Assembly: GCF_030684315.1 (NCBI RefSeq)
Contig: NC_081385.1
Coordinates: forward strand, 6,188,341-6,252,340
Reading direction: 5' to 3'
Source of the DNA: Stegostoma tigrinum
Lineage: Eukaryota
Length of the DNA: 64,000 nt
Below the pieces are notes generated by a model that saw nothing but the letters and a program-made list of their open reading frames with translations, had not been told where the DNA came from and ran no database searches. Of the stretch, positions 26,941 to 40,304 are shown piece after piece. Each line of letters opens with the position of its first letter. Position 1 is the first letter of the stretch. Both the position numbers and the translations under genes were made by a program.

Positions 26941-28852
26941 AGATAACAGGAACTGCAGATGCTGGAGAATCCAAGATAACAAGTTGTAGAGCTGGATGAA
27001 CACAGCAGGCCAAGCAGCATCTTAGGAGCAGGAAAGCTGATGTTTCGGGCCAAGACCCTTCTTCAGAAATGGGGGAGGGGAATGGGGTTCTGAAACAAAT
27101 AGGGAGAGAAGGGGAGGCAGATAGAAGATGGATAGAGGAGAAGATAGGTGGAGAGGGGACAGACCAGTTAAAGAGGCGGGGATGGAGCCAGTTAAGGTGA
27201 GTGTATGTGGGGAGGTAGGGAGGGGATGGGTCAGTCCAGGGAGGACGGACAGGTCAAGGGGGTGGGATGAGGTTAGTAGGTAGGAAATGGAGGTGCGGCT
27301 TGATGTGGGAGGAGGGGATAGGTGAGAGGAGGAACAGGTTAGGGAGGCGGGGACAAGCTGGGCTGGTTTTGGGATGCGGTGGGGGAGGGGAGATTTTGAA
27401 GCTTGTGCAGTCCACATTGATACCATTGATACCATTGGGCTGCAGGGTTCCCAAGTGTTGCTGTTCCTGCAACCTTCAGGTGGCATCATTTTGGCACTGC
27501 AGGAGGCCCATGATGGACATGTCGTAAATGTAATGGGAGGGGGAGTTGAAATGGTTTGCAACTGGGAGGTGCAGTTGTTTATTGCGAACTGAGCGTAGGT
27601 GTTCTGCAAAGCGATCCCCAAGCGTCCGCTTGGTTTCCCTGATATAGAGGCCGCCACACCGTGTACAGGGTATACAGTATACCACATTGGCAGATGTGCA
27701 GGTGAACATCTGCTTAATATGGAAAGTCATCTTGGGGCCTGGGATGGGGGTGAGGGAGGAGTTGTGGGGGCAGGTGTAGCATTTCCTGCGGTTGCAGGGG
27801 AAAGTGCCGGGTGTGGTGGGGTTGGAGGGAAGTGTGGAGCAGACAAGGGAGTCATGGAGAGAGTAGTCCCTCCGGAAAGCAGACAAGGGTGGGGATGGAA
27901 AAATGTCTTTGGTGGTGGGGTCGGATTGCAGATGGCGGAAGTGTCGGAGGTTAATCCATTGGATCCGGAGGTTGGTGGGGTGGTACATGGGGATGAGGCG
28001 GATTCTTTTTTATTGTTATTCCGGGGAGGGGGTTTGAGGGATGAGTTGCGGGAAATGCGGGAGACACGGTTGAGGGTGTTCTGAACCACTGTTGGGTGTT
28101 CATTGCAGTACTTGAAAAATGAGGACATCTGAAATGTATGGGTGTGGAATGTCTCATCCTGGGAGCATTTGCGGTGGAAGCGAAGGAATTGGGAATAGGG
28201 GATGGCATTTTTGCAGGAAGGTGGGTGGGAGGAGGTGTATTCCAGGTAGCTGTGGGAGTCGGTGGGCTTGAAATGGATATCGGTTTCTAGGAGGTTGCCT
28301 GAATTGGAGACAGAGAGGTCCAGGAAGGTGAGAGAGGGTGTTAGAGATTGTCCAGGTGAACTTAAGGTTGGGCTTGAAGGTGTTGGTGAAGTGGATGAAC
28401 TGTTCGAGCTCCTCTTGGGAGCATGAGGCGGCGCCGATACAGTCATCAATGTATCAGAGGAAGAGGTGGGGTTTAGGGCCAGCATGGCTACAGAAGAGGG
28501 ATTGTTCCACGTAACCTACAAAGAGGCAGGCATAGCTTGGACCCATGCAGGTGACCATGGCCACCCCCTTTGTCTGTTGGAAGTGGGAGGAATTGAAAGA
28601 AAAGTTGTAGAGGGTGAGGACGAGTTTGGCTAAGTGGATGAGGGTGTCGGTGGAGGGGGAACTGGTCAGGCCTGTGGGACAGGAAGAATTGGAGGGCCTT
28701 TAAGCCATCTGTATGGGGAATGCAGGTGTATAGGGACTGGACATCCATGGTAAAGATGAGGTGTTGGGGACCAGGGAATTGGAAGTTCTGGAGGAGGTGA
28801 TGGGCGTGGGTGGTGTCATGGATGTAGGTAGGGAGTTCTTGGACCAAGGGGG
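26941..28852 (-). mobile_element. Penelope-like retroelement, 5'-truncated (RT, GIY-YIG endonuclease, pseudo-LTR), frameshifted
   Basis: LIFTMDVQSLYTCIPH (RT motif A), FLDLSV...FKPTDSHSYL, and CTSANVVYCIPCTRCGGLYIRETKRTLGDRFAEHL (GIY-YIG), split over several frames. Confidence 0.93.
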
Positions 28853-29129
28853 CGAATAAATCTGTTTTTACCATCAACATGTGCCTCACATTGTTATCTT
28901 GTATTTTGCTTTGTTTCTAAGAGCTTTAACTGGCCTTTCGTGCATTTGCAAGATATCTTTCACAATCTCTGAAAACCCTAAGTCATTTATATAAATGCCA
29001 ATGAAGCAGTTATGAACTTTTGCCAGCACACGCTGTAATATGGGAAAAATGACAGCCAAACGGACACCAACACACATGGCCAAATTGATTGTTTCAGAGC
29101 CAGTTCAGTGAAGTGTCTTACTATGATTG

Positions 29130-29375
29130 TTCAGGGTATTAGTGAGTTCACATCTGGAGTACTGTGTGCAATTTTGGTCTCCTTATCCGAGGACGGGGTA
29201 GGCCATTTAGGACTGAGGTGAAGAGAAATTTCTTAACCCAAAGAGAGATGATCCTGTCCAATATTCTGCTACTGAAAGCAGTTGAGGCCAAAACATTGAA
29301 TGTTTTCAAGAGGAGTTAGATATAATTCTTAGGGCTGAAGGGATCAATGATTCTGGGGAGAAACTTCGGATAGTG
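29130..29375 (+). mobile_element. CR1 LINE remnant
   Basis: HLEYCVQFWSP-like DNA and 'gactgaggtgaagagaaatttcttaaccca'. Confidence 0.7.
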
Positions 29376-32300
29376 TGTAGATCAGGTATGGGCCGCATTA
29401 GACTGAAGCAACATGCTATTACTGTTAAAATAGCTCACTGGTACCCATTATATTCAACGTCAAAGATAGCAAATGCAAACACAGTTTAGTTACAGCATCG
29501 GCCCCATTTCTCAATTATGGCTGGGGTGGTAGGCTGAAGAAAATATAAAAGAAACTTCAGAACATTGAGCACTGTTATTTGAATCACATTTACTTTATTT
29601 CTAACCTTGTAACAGCTAATGGTTATCCAGTAGCCCTTACAATCCCCTCATATAATATTGTCAGTACTGAAAACATCCCCCCTCCAAAGGGGGAAAACAC
29701 CATGTAAAATATATAAAAACAGTAACAGTTCTCAAATACTTCAACCCTCTGACATGAGTCGACAAAATGTTTAAATGAGTCAATGCGTACTTCAGCATTG
29801 GGGAAGGAGATTTATGGTGGCTATTTGGAGTGGAATTAAAAGCATAGTTCCATTGGGATATCACACAGATTACAAAGAGGACTCGGATGGAGGCTTTGCT
29901 GGTGTGTTGAAACTGGGAGGTTTACAGAAATAGAAGTAAAAAGGAAGTCTGTTATTTGTCAAGCAAAACAAAGTTCACTATTTCCTCCCAGATTGTTGAG
30001 GAGTTTCCAGCAATTAAACAATGTCTCCTAGATGTTGTCATCAGCTGAATCCCATAGGAAGGATATCATCTTGTTACAAATGGTGGTCATTTCCTTCGAA
30101 CACCTTCATTGGTTATAAAAATATCAAAATGGATGAGAAAGAATCAAAACGTATTTGATATTTCATCAAGAACAATCCATTTAGGCACAAAGAATCTATT
30201 TGTTTTCCTGTTGCCTCTGGTAAGAGAGGGCACTGCAGTGATGGATATGTGGGACAGATAATGACAAGAGATAGAGTGGGGGGTGGGGCATTGGTGGCGT
30301 GCATTGGGTTGTAGGGAGGTCAGATGTCCTGCAATAAAACTGCCTGGATTACGGCAACTCAGAATCGACAGCTCAAACTAAATTGTAAGTATGCCCTCCA
30401 TCACCAAAAGGGTCAGGAGCTGAGGCCCGATTGTAACTAAAACATCCAACTTACAATTGCCTTTCCCATCTGGAGTAGGAGGGAGCCGTTCACAACATCA
30501 AGTCTTTTCAACCATTTAGAGAGACCTGTGATGTAGCTCCCCAAACAGAATCTCCCACTCTCAGAGTTGGTGAGTTTGGAGGTGGGATGGGTATTTCACG
30601 CGGGGGCATTGAGACAGCCTCAGAACTCCACTGCTTTCCCATCTCTGCCAGAACTAATTTTGAGATGGCTAGCCTGTGGTCAACTTTGCCAAATCGTTGC
30701 TGGCTGGGGCCAACTAGTGTTTGCTTAAGGACCTCAACATGTCCCCATTGTTAGAATTGTCCCAGCTACAAGTAGGTCTGTAGCTATTCAGTGTGGGTGC
30801 TAGATGTGAGCATCTTGACATCTCAGAGATGGGGGTCCCGTGATCAAAGGTAGTCAATACCCAGTTGACAGACTGGACATGGGACAGTGGGGAGCCTGCA
30901 AGGAACCACCTTCCTGCCTTGCTTTTGGCCCCGCGAACCCCAATCCAGGAAAACCCTCAAATGAGTTACTTACCTCTGTCTTGGCTCCACTGTGATTCTT
31001 GGGAATTCCTACCATTAACAGCCGTGGTTTTCTCCTGCTGAGTGCAGGAGATGCCAGACCTCTGACTGACTAATGGGGGGGCTGTCAGCCCCAGGGGAAG
31101 ATCCTCTGGTGGCCTGGGCTTGGGGTTCAGAGGGCTTTCCCAAAATGAGGTACTGTGGGTTTCTATTACTGGTTCTCCAGCCAACAGATGATACTCCAGC
31201 AAGATTTTGTCCCATATCCCTTTACACACCAAGTGAACAAAAGTTTATCATTTTCTGATTTTTGAAGTGAGTTTCAAATTGATAAACTTTTTTAACCCCA
31301 CTCCTAAAAGGACTGGCACTGGGATTTTGAGTCTACCCGCAAACATTTGGCTCCCTCTCTACCTCTCTGGGCTGGGCATTGTGTGCCTCTGCTAAATGTG
31401 GTTTTTTTAAATTCATGGGATGTAATTCTCACTGGCTTTGCCATATTTGTTGCCCAACCCTAATTACTCCTGAACTGAGTGGTTCACTCGACCATTTGAC
31501 AGGGCTGTTAAGAGTCAACCACATGACTGTGGGTCTAGAGCCACATGTAGGCAAGAGCCAGTAAGGATGGCAGTTTTCCTTCCTTCAAGGGCTTTAGTGA
31601 ACCAGATGAATTTTTACATAATTGACAGTGGTTACGTGGTCATCATTAAGTTAACTTTTATTTCCAGTTGGGGTGGAGGGGATATGTCATAGAAGGAAGG
31701 TGCTCAACTTAAAACCAATCACTGAGCTTATCCCCATAATAGAGGGTGGGGCAAAACTGGTAGCCTGCCCACCATGTAAATATAATTAAAGGTCAACTGA
31801 ACTTGTTAAAAGCTTAATTAAATTCAAAACCATACAGCCCGAGTCTTAATATGGTGGGCATATAAGTGGGATTCACGCTTTCTTCACAAAGTGTTTAAAA
31901 TGACAGTAATAAAGGGTTACTATTATTGGAGAGACCCCTTGCTTATCAGGAATATAGCATTTCCCCTTGCCTCCTTGCCCCTTGCTGTTCTTTAAAACCT
32001 ATCCTCTGCCCAAAGCCCGGCCCTCAGATATACCTGGTCTGGGGTAGTATTGGGCCTCCGAAAACCTGCCTGCAGTTCCAAAAGTGTCCTCTAGGTAGCT
32101 CTGGTGCTGTCAAAGTTCAGATAACGGGACACTTTCCCATTGATGGGCAGAATTCCCATTAAGAGTTGTTTAGTAACACCATCCCCACCCCCACAGTCTT
32201 TGTGGGGTGGGCTTATAATCAGTCAGTTGGCTGGCTACTGACCTTTACGCTGCAGTATTTGAGGTGGGGCAGTAGTTAATACGCCAAACTGTTGCCTATA

Positions 32301-34713
32301 ATTTTTGGCACTGTGAACCTGCTTCAACTATACATCACTTCAGAACTTTGATCAAATCACTCCTCAATCTTCTAAATGCAGAGGAATGCATCCCTAGTTT
32401 GCATAAATTAACCAGGTATCATTCGGATTTATCCCTATCTGTTCCAATTGCACACTCACCAAAAGTGTTTGCAATTAGCAGTGACCTTCAGGCTGAAGCA
32501 CACTCATCTCAAATAAAATAAGTGGCTTATTTCAATCTTGTTTGTGAACAGCTCCTGGGCACATCCTGTACAGAGTGAGTCTGGCACACTTGTTCCAGTA
32601 AACAAGTGCAGCTCAGCTGGTAAGGGGCTGAAGGTTAGTTGGAGCACTGAAGCCCGAAGGGGTATTCCAAATACAGCAATGCAAGGAAGTGACAGAGAGG
32701 CAGAGGTTCAGACTATTTCTCACTCTGCTAACTTGATACAAAGCATCTCATATATGGGATAGCATCTGCACAACCCAGGAGAAGTCAGGATAGAATTCCA
32801 ATCTACTTCCATTGGGAGATCAGGAAAATAGGGCTGCTATCTCTGGTTGGAGGCATTCCAGGAGGTTCGATCACATTATGTGCTGACCATGTGATGTCTG
32901 ATCACATGATCCTGTATTCCTACACTTCCCTTCAAAATTACATTTATTCTATTATCACTGACCAGATGTGGTGAAGAATCTCAAGATCTAACACAGTAGG
33001 CCAGGCAACATCAGAGGAGCAGCAAAGTTGACATTGCATGTCAGGACCCTTCTTCAGAAATGGGGGTGGGGTTGGAGCTCAGGAATAAATAAAGAAGGGG
33101 TGTGGCTGGGATGGCAATAGGTGAGTGCAGGTAGGTAGTGGTGGGGATTGGTCAGTGAGGTGGGAGGAATGGATAGGTGGGAGAAAAGATGAACAGGTTG
33201 TGTCAGGTCAAGGACGCAGGGATGAGAGGGAAGGTTGGTCATGGGATGAGGCCGGGGGGGGGGAGGTCTTGAAACTAGTAAAAGCCACATTTAGGCCATC
33301 AGGCTGCAAGCTCCTGAGGTGAAATATGAGGTGTTGCTTCTCCAGTTTGCCGGTGGCATTGTTGTGACACTGGATGGACATGTCACTGTTAAAATGGTTC
33401 ACAACTGGAAGGTGTTGTCATTTGTCCTGAAGAGAGCACAGATGCTCTACAAATCAGTCTCCTAGCCTTCACATGGTCTCACCGATGTAGAGGAGGCCAC
33501 ATCGGGAGCAGCGGCTACAGTAGACCACATTAGCAGATGTGCCGGTGAATCCCTGTCTAATGTGGAAGGTTTGCTTGGTGTCTTGAATGGAGGTGAGGGG
33601 GGAGGTGTAGGGGCAGGTGTAGCACTTCCTGTGGTTGCTGGGATAGATGCCGGGGTGGTGGGGTTAGTGGGGATTGTGGAGCAGATGAGGGAGTCACGGG
33701 TCACGGAGTGAGAAGTCTCTATGAAAAGCAGATAGGGTTGGGGAGGGAAATATCTCTTTGGTCATGGGGTCGGATTGTAGGTGGCGGAAGTGGTGGATAA
33801 TGATTCGTTGGTTGCGTAGGTTAGTGGGCTGATATGTGAGGACAAGGGGTATTCTGTCTTTATTTTTGTTGGGGGCAGGAGATGTGTGGGCAGAGGTGTG
33901 GGAAATGTAAGAGATGCAGTTGAGGGCATTTTCGATAACCAAAGGGTGTGATGTTGTGGTACGTGAAGTAGGAGGACATCTAGGATGTTTGAGAGTGGAA
34001 CGCTCCATCTGGGGAGCAGATGCAGTGGAGGCGAGGAATTGGTGGTAGGGGATCGCATTCTTGCCGGAAGGTGGGTGACAGAATGTGTAGTCTATGTGGC
34101 TATGGGAGTCAGTGGGCTTGAAATAGGTATCAGTTTCAAAGCGGTCACCAGAGATGGAGACAGAGAGGTCCAAGAAGGAGACAGAAGTAGAGGTATCGGA
34201 GATGGTCCAGTTGAAAGGTTAGTTAAGTTGATGAACTGTTCAAGCTCCTTATGGGAGCACGAGGAAGCACTGATACAGTCATCGATGTAGTGGAGGAAGA
34301 AGTGGGGGTTAGCATCAGTGTAGCAGCAGAAGAGGGACTCTTCCATGTTTCTTACGAAGAGGCAGGCATAGTTTGGGCCCATGCAGGTACCCATGGCCAC
34401 CCCTTTAGAATGTAGGAAGTTGGAAGAGTTAAAGAAGCATTAATTAAGAGTAAGGACTAGTTTGGTTCAGCAGATGACGGTGTCGGTGGAGGGGGACTGG
34501 TCAGGCCTGCGGGAAAGGAAGAAGCGGAGGGCTTTTAGGCCATCTGCATGAGGGATACAAATGTAGAGGGACTAGACATGCATAGTGAAGATGCGGCGCT
34601 GGGGGCCAGGGAATTAGAAGTCTTGGAGGAGGTGGAGGGGGTGGATGGTGTCACGTACGTAGATGGGGAGTTCCTGGACCGGGGAGAAAGCAGAGTCAAG
34701 GTTAGCGGAGATA

Positions 34714-34939
34714 GTAAAATGTGAGGCTGGATGAACACAGCAGGCCAAGCAGCATCTCAGGAGCACAAAAGCTGACGTTTCGGGCCTAGACCCTTCATCA
34801 GAGAGGCCTTCCCCTACTGCATCCCTAAACCAGCCCAGTTCGTCCCCTCCCCCCACTGCACCCCTTCCCCTACTGCATCCCTAAACCAGCCCAGTTCGTC
34901 CCCTCCCCCCACTGCACCACACAACCAGCCACCAATATC
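34714..34939. mobile_element. Young Penelope pseudo-LTR insertion nested in the RT of an older Penelope element
   Basis: Perfect 18-bp TSD tcaaggttagcggagata (34696-34713 and 34940-34957). Minus-strand tail with intact hammerhead core, followed by an inverted, tandemly duplicated ~56-bp internal segment. Confidence 0.9.
34774..34801 (-). ncRNA. Minimal hammerhead ribozyme-like core
   Basis: CUGAUGA-A-GGGU(cuag)GCCC-GAAA-C-GUC. Identical copies at 45903-45930(+) and 58054-58081(-). Stem I is only about 2 bp and stem III (ACGU) can form only intermolecularly, so activity is unproven. Confidence 0.6.
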
Positions 34940-36949
34940 TCAAGGTTAGCGGAGATAAGTTCAGTGGGACAGAGACAATGGGTCAGCTGGCACAGTCAGG
35001 TTTGAGGATTTTGGGAAGGAGATAGAAGCGGGCAGTGCGGAGTTGGGGAACAATGAAGTTAGAGGCTGTGGGCGGGAGTTCACCTGAACTGATGAGGTTG
35101 TGGATGGTTTTGGAGATGATGTTTTGGTGGCTGGGGGTGAAGTCATGATCAAGGGGGCGGTAGGAGAAGGTGTTGGAGAGTTGGTGCCTGGCTTTGGCGA
35201 TGTAGACGTCAGAGCGCTATACTACAGCTGCGCCTCCCTTGTCCACGGGTTTTGTGGTGAGGTTGGGATTAGAGCAGAGGGAGCGGAGGGCAGCACATTC
35301 CGTGGGTGGTGGGGGGCGGGGGGGGGGGGGGGGCGTTGGAGTGGGTGAGACGGGTGGAGAGGTTGAGGCGATCAATGTCGCAACAGCAGTTGGAGATGAA
35401 GAGGTTGAGGGAGGGTAGGAGGCCTTGGGGTGATGCCCAGGAGGTGGGGGTGTGTTGGAGGTGGGAGGGTACGGTTAAAGAAATAGGCGTGGAGGCGGAG
35501 GCAGCGGAAAACTGTTTGATGTCCAGGCGTGAGTGGTATTCGTTGATGTGTGGGTGGAGGGGGATGAAGGTGAGTCCCTTACTGAGGACTGATTGTTCAT
35601 CCTCAGTGAGGGGCTGGTCTTGGCGGGGGGCGCAAACAGTGAATACCAGGCAGTGCCTGGGGTTGAAACCGGGTGTAGAGTTGGTAGCTAGGCTGGAGCT
35701 GGGTGTGGGGGCAAGTCTCACCCACCTTCCTGAAACCTCCCCTACTCCCACTTCCTCTGCCTCCGCTGCGTCTGTTCCCAAGATGGGCCATTCCAGTCCC
35801 AAACGTCCCAGATGTCTTCCTATTTCAAGAACTGCAACTTCATCCCTCCAGCGATCAAAAATGCCCTAACTGCATCCATTGCCTTTCCCACACATTGCCC
35901 TCACAGCCCATCCCTGCAACAAAAACAGATCCCCCTCGTCCTCACATATCACCCCACCCACCTCTGCATCCAATGTATCATTCCCTGCCACCTGCAATCC
36001 AACCCCACAACCAAAGAGATATTTTCTTCCTCACCCCATCTACCTTCCACTCTGCAACTCCTTCGTCTGCTCCACACTCCTCACTAACTCGCAGGAAGTG
36101 CTACACCTACCCCCTCACCTCCATTCAAGACACAAAGCAAACCTTCTACATTAGACAAGGGGTTCACCTGCACATCCATCAATGTAGTCTATTGTATCTG
36201 CTGCTACCGATGTGGCCTCCTCTACATCGAAGAGACCAAGCGCAGCCTCTGAGACCATTTTGTAGAGCATATGTGCTCTGTTCAGGATAAACGACAACAC
36301 CTTCCGGTCACGAACCATTTTAACTTGCCCTCCCACTCCTTAGATGACATGTCCATCCTGGGTCTCCTCAAACTGGAGGAGCAATACCTCATATTCTGCC
36401 TCGAGAGCCTATAGCCCAATGGCCTAAATGTAGATTTTACCAGTTTTAAAATCTCCCCACTCCTGGCCTCATCCCATGACCAACCCTCTCTCTCATGCCC
36501 AACCTGACACAACCTGTCCATCTTCTCTTCCACCTATCCGCTCCTCCCAACTCAATGACCAATACCTGCACTCATCTCACCATCGCACTTACCTTCCCCA
36601 ACCACACCCCTCCGCTCTCTAGTTATTTCTGAGGTCCCAGCCTCCTTCCTATTTCTGAAGAAGGGTCCTGACCCGAAATGTCAACTTTTGAGTTCCTCCA
36701 ATGCTACCTGGCCTGCTGTGTTCCTCCAGTTCCAACACTGTGTTAGCTCTGACTCCAACATCGACAGTTCTTATTGTGTCTGTCTTAAGGTCTAACTGCC
36801 CTCAGTCTCAGGACCTTCCTCCTTCCTGTTGTTTATAAAAAGAATTATAAGAGACTACTCTGAAAGGCACTGTATCAAAAAAAAAATTGGTTTTCCATTT
36901 CTCAATCGCTCACTCTATCAGTGGGAAGATCCTCTCTCTTCACCACAGT

Positions 36950-37400
36950 GAAGGCCCCCAGGCTCTGTCTTCCCTGAGCCCTCACCTCCTGTCCCGCTTC
37001 CCAAAAAGCCCCAAGTCCCCAGTCGACCCTAAGCTCTCATTCCCCAGTGTCCCACTTCCTGAAGTCCCCATTCCCCAGCCTCTCTGTATCCCTTCAGCCT
37101 GAATCCCCTATCTCCCTCTCTCTCCCCTGCTCTGACCCCACATTCCCCGGTCCCCTTCTCTTGAGCTCCCCTCTCCTTTTTACTCCCAAAAATCCCCAAT
37201 TGTCCAGTCTCCGCAAGATTTTGACCCCACCTCATTCTTGAATTCCCTTCTCCTCTGAACCCCTATCTCCTAACCCAGAAATCCCCAATTTCCACTGACC
37301 CCAAGATCCCAAGCCTTCATTCCCCCAGTGTTCCCTTTCCCAAAGTTCACATTCCCCTCTCCCCTCACCAAGACCCCACTTCCCAGTCTCTGTTCCTCCT
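36950..37400. repeat. C/pyrimidine-rich low-complexity tract with degenerate internal duplication
   Basis: 'aagctctcattccccagtgtcccacttcc' near 37031 recurs as 'aagccttcattccccagtgttccctttcc' near 37311. Confidence 0.6.
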
Positions 37401-38269
37401 GTCAGACTACAGAGCCACCTTGCCCCTTGGTTGCTTTCAGTTCCATGTCTATGATGGCTTTGTGCCGGAACAGCTGAGATCTCCATGGGAATGGTTTGGG
37501 GAAATAATTCTATTTAAAACAAACAACAGGTTCATCTGTTTCTGGCTCCCACTGCTGGGTAACAGTTGACTATTAACAGACAGATCAATGTCTGCTATTC
37601 CAGTCAACACAAAGCAGTGATATCATTGAGTCAGAGATTGTCAAGCTACTGGAAGCAGCACTTGGGATAGGAATTCCTGACTGTGGGAAGTTCCTGGTCA
37701 TTCCCAGAGGACTATGAAAATCCTCTTGCAGCACTCCCCCGTTGATGACCAGAATAATAAATTTAGACTATTTTTTGACCAGTCAATATATTCTGACTTC
37801 AACAAATCTAATCCTGCTGAAAAACTGTTCCAAAAATGTTCTTTTCTGTTTGAGGATTGTTCCTCGCAGTACAAGACTGAATTAATTTACTTTCTCGACA
37901 AAACATTACCCATTCATCCTGCATATGGAAACAGCCTGCACTCACTCTTCTTCCAAGGGAGAAAGGCAGCAGTAGATGTTTTGAAGTGGCCAATTGTCAA
38001 CCACCATGTCTAAACCACCATCTTCAGAATTTCCCCTACTCTTAGACTTACAGGGATTATGGACAAAAAAACACTGTACACCGTTATACATTCTGGACCT
38101 GTTAACCATATCAGTACAGACATTAGCTCCCAAGTTTTTACAGCAGATGTCTAGTGGCATTGTTTAAAAAGAAACAAAGTCAGCAACAATATTAATCTTG
38201 AGGGCAATTTTGACCTTACCCGCCCATTGGAAACAGGGGATTGGGTGCACAGGAAGAGTCTATTTAGTC

Positions 38270-38930
38270 TCTTGAGCCCTGAGGCCATTCAATAAAAACC
38301 CTATCAAAAACTTCTGCCTGAACAAAGTTAACTCCATAACTAATTAGAGTTAACTAACTCTGTCTTTGCCTGTTCCATATCTTTTAATGCCTTCAGTTAG
38401 TAGAAATCTATCAAAAGTTAATATTAACAATAGATGTAGCATTAATTTCTGTTTGTGGAAAATTCCAAACTTCAACTGCCCTTTTCATGTGTTAAAATGT
38501 TTCCTAACTTCTCTCCTGAAAGATCAGTTTCTCATTTTTTGACTATGCCCTAGGCTCACAACCAATAAAACATAGCTTCTCTCTCTCAGCACTATCTGCT
38601 GTCCTTAATATCTTGAGAACTTTGATCAAGTCAGTCCTTAACCATCCAAATCTCTAGCCATGTCTATGCATGCTCTCCCTGTGATTTAACCCTTTGAGTT
38701 CAGGTATCTTTCTGGGAAATCTACACTGCCAGCTGCCCTAATGTCAAGATCTAACCGAGGGCCCTGTGTCCAGAAAAGCTTACAGTGTCTCCAGGAGTGG
38801 TTTAACCACGAAAGCTACCCACTTGCAGTAAGGTCCTTGGGATACATAGGCCAACATTCTAAAAGCCTTTTCCATCATTTTCTCTCCTTGTTCATGACAT
38901 TTTAATGATCTGTTCACCTGTATCTCCTCA
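38270..38930 (-). mobile_element. Old CR1 LINE 3' fragment
   Basis: Similar to the CR1 tail at 49720-50150 (ttcctaac...ttctctcctgaa, actttgatca). Confidence 0.65.
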
Positions 38931-39824
38931 AGACCTCCTAGTCTTGCACTTTTTGCTGGTTTTGTAGCTCACCTGATTTTACTTCCAACTGAAGGCTGAT
39001 TTTGAGAGGGATGTAAAACCAACACTGCACCCAATCCCTTGGGAATGCTGCCGAGTGATTAGGTTAAAGTTACCCTCACCAGTGTGTTAGAAAGCCATGC
39101 AGCAATCAGCCTGGGTGTGCATTATTGATACTAGAAGGTACAGCGTTGCTACTCTGTTGAAACATGCACAATTGATATCCCCAGTTAGAAATCACCACAC
39201 TGGTAGGAGACTTGGCATGATTTGTAGTGCAATATACACAGCGATGATGTGAAGCTTATGGTCTCGTTGGGTAATTCCGTATTTTCTAGTTACACCAATG
39301 TGTGATTTGGAGGTTGATGACATGCATAGCGAAGTTAGCATGGTTTCACAGCACAGCAGAATTATCTCAGCGCTCATGTTGCATGTGATGAGGCAATGGG
39401 TCTAACACAGGGACGAGTCGGAAATATCCCACGAAGCACGGAGACCAACAGTTCTCACCAGAGGCAGATCACTGTCAGCCTCTACCTTTGCTCACAGTTC
39501 CTGTGTTGGTTTAGTGCTGCCTGTGGGCAAAAAAACACAGAAATGGCATTGGACCAGAACAATGCATGAACTTCAATCACAATGTCAGGGAACTTGACAA
39601 TTACAACAAAAACAATTCAATATATATGCTCTCTTGCGCTCAACATTATGTGTCTTCTTCTGTGTTGGAGGGGCAAGCTGGATTGTTATAGTGCCTTTTG
39701 GAGTAGTATCCTATAAACAGCAACTGCCAATATATCAGAGAGTGGGGATTGGGTTATCTGTAACCAGGAACTGAACAGGACAAGTCAAATAATTACTGCG
39801 GTTACAAGGGCAGATTAGAGGCTA

Positions 39825-40233
39825 AGAATTCTGCATTTCCTGACTCTCCAAAGCCTGTCCACATTCCACAAGGCACAAAGCAGGATTGTCATGGATTACC
39901 CCACTTCACTTGATGACTGCAACTCTGAAAACACTAAAGAAGTTTGATACCATCCAAAATAAAGCTGCCTGTTAGATTAGCACCACATCCAAAAACACCC
40001 ACTCCCTCCAACACCAACATTCAGTAGCAGCAGTGTGTACCATCTACAAGATGCACAGCAGAAATCCACCAAAGGTCCTCAGACAGCACCTTCTAAAGAC
40101 AGGACCATTTCCATCTAGAAGGACAAGGACAGCAGATACATGGGAACACCACCACCTTCAAGTTTTCCTCCAAGCCACTCACCATTCCGACTTGGAAATA
40201 TATCGGCATTTCTTCATTATCGCTGGGGTCAAA
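39825..40233 (+). mobile_element. LINE 3'-region fragment (same family as 70-1092)
   Basis: 'aaagcctgtccac...cacaaggcacaa...atgggaacaccaccacc...acttggaaatatatcg' matches 657-960. Confidence 0.75.
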
Positions 40234-40304
40234 CTTAGAAATAAGAGTTCTTAGAACTTAGAAATAAGAGTTTCCACTGAGCCGTAGCCAATACCTTTTC
40301 TTTC

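Larger units (their letters stand above)
32993..36782 (-). mobile_element. Penelope-like element with inverted 5' segment: minus-strand body about 32993-35715 plus plus-strand 3' copy about 35716-36782
   Basis: VLSKGLTFIP, AMGTCMGPNYACLFV...HYIDD (RT) and GIY-YIG remnants on both strands; pseudo-LTR tails face outward at both ends. TSD tctcaagatctaac (32979-32992) and tcttaaggtctaac (36783-36796). Confidence 0.9.

Noticed and set aside
27022-28889. Cluster of long overlapping ORFs on both strands
   Set aside because: Alternative frames of one frameshifted, GC-skewed Penelope element; no intact RT-endonuclease ORF.
40233-40272. 17-bp direct repeat acttagaaataagagtt
   Set aside because: A small local duplication at a LINE-fragment junction with no evidence of function.
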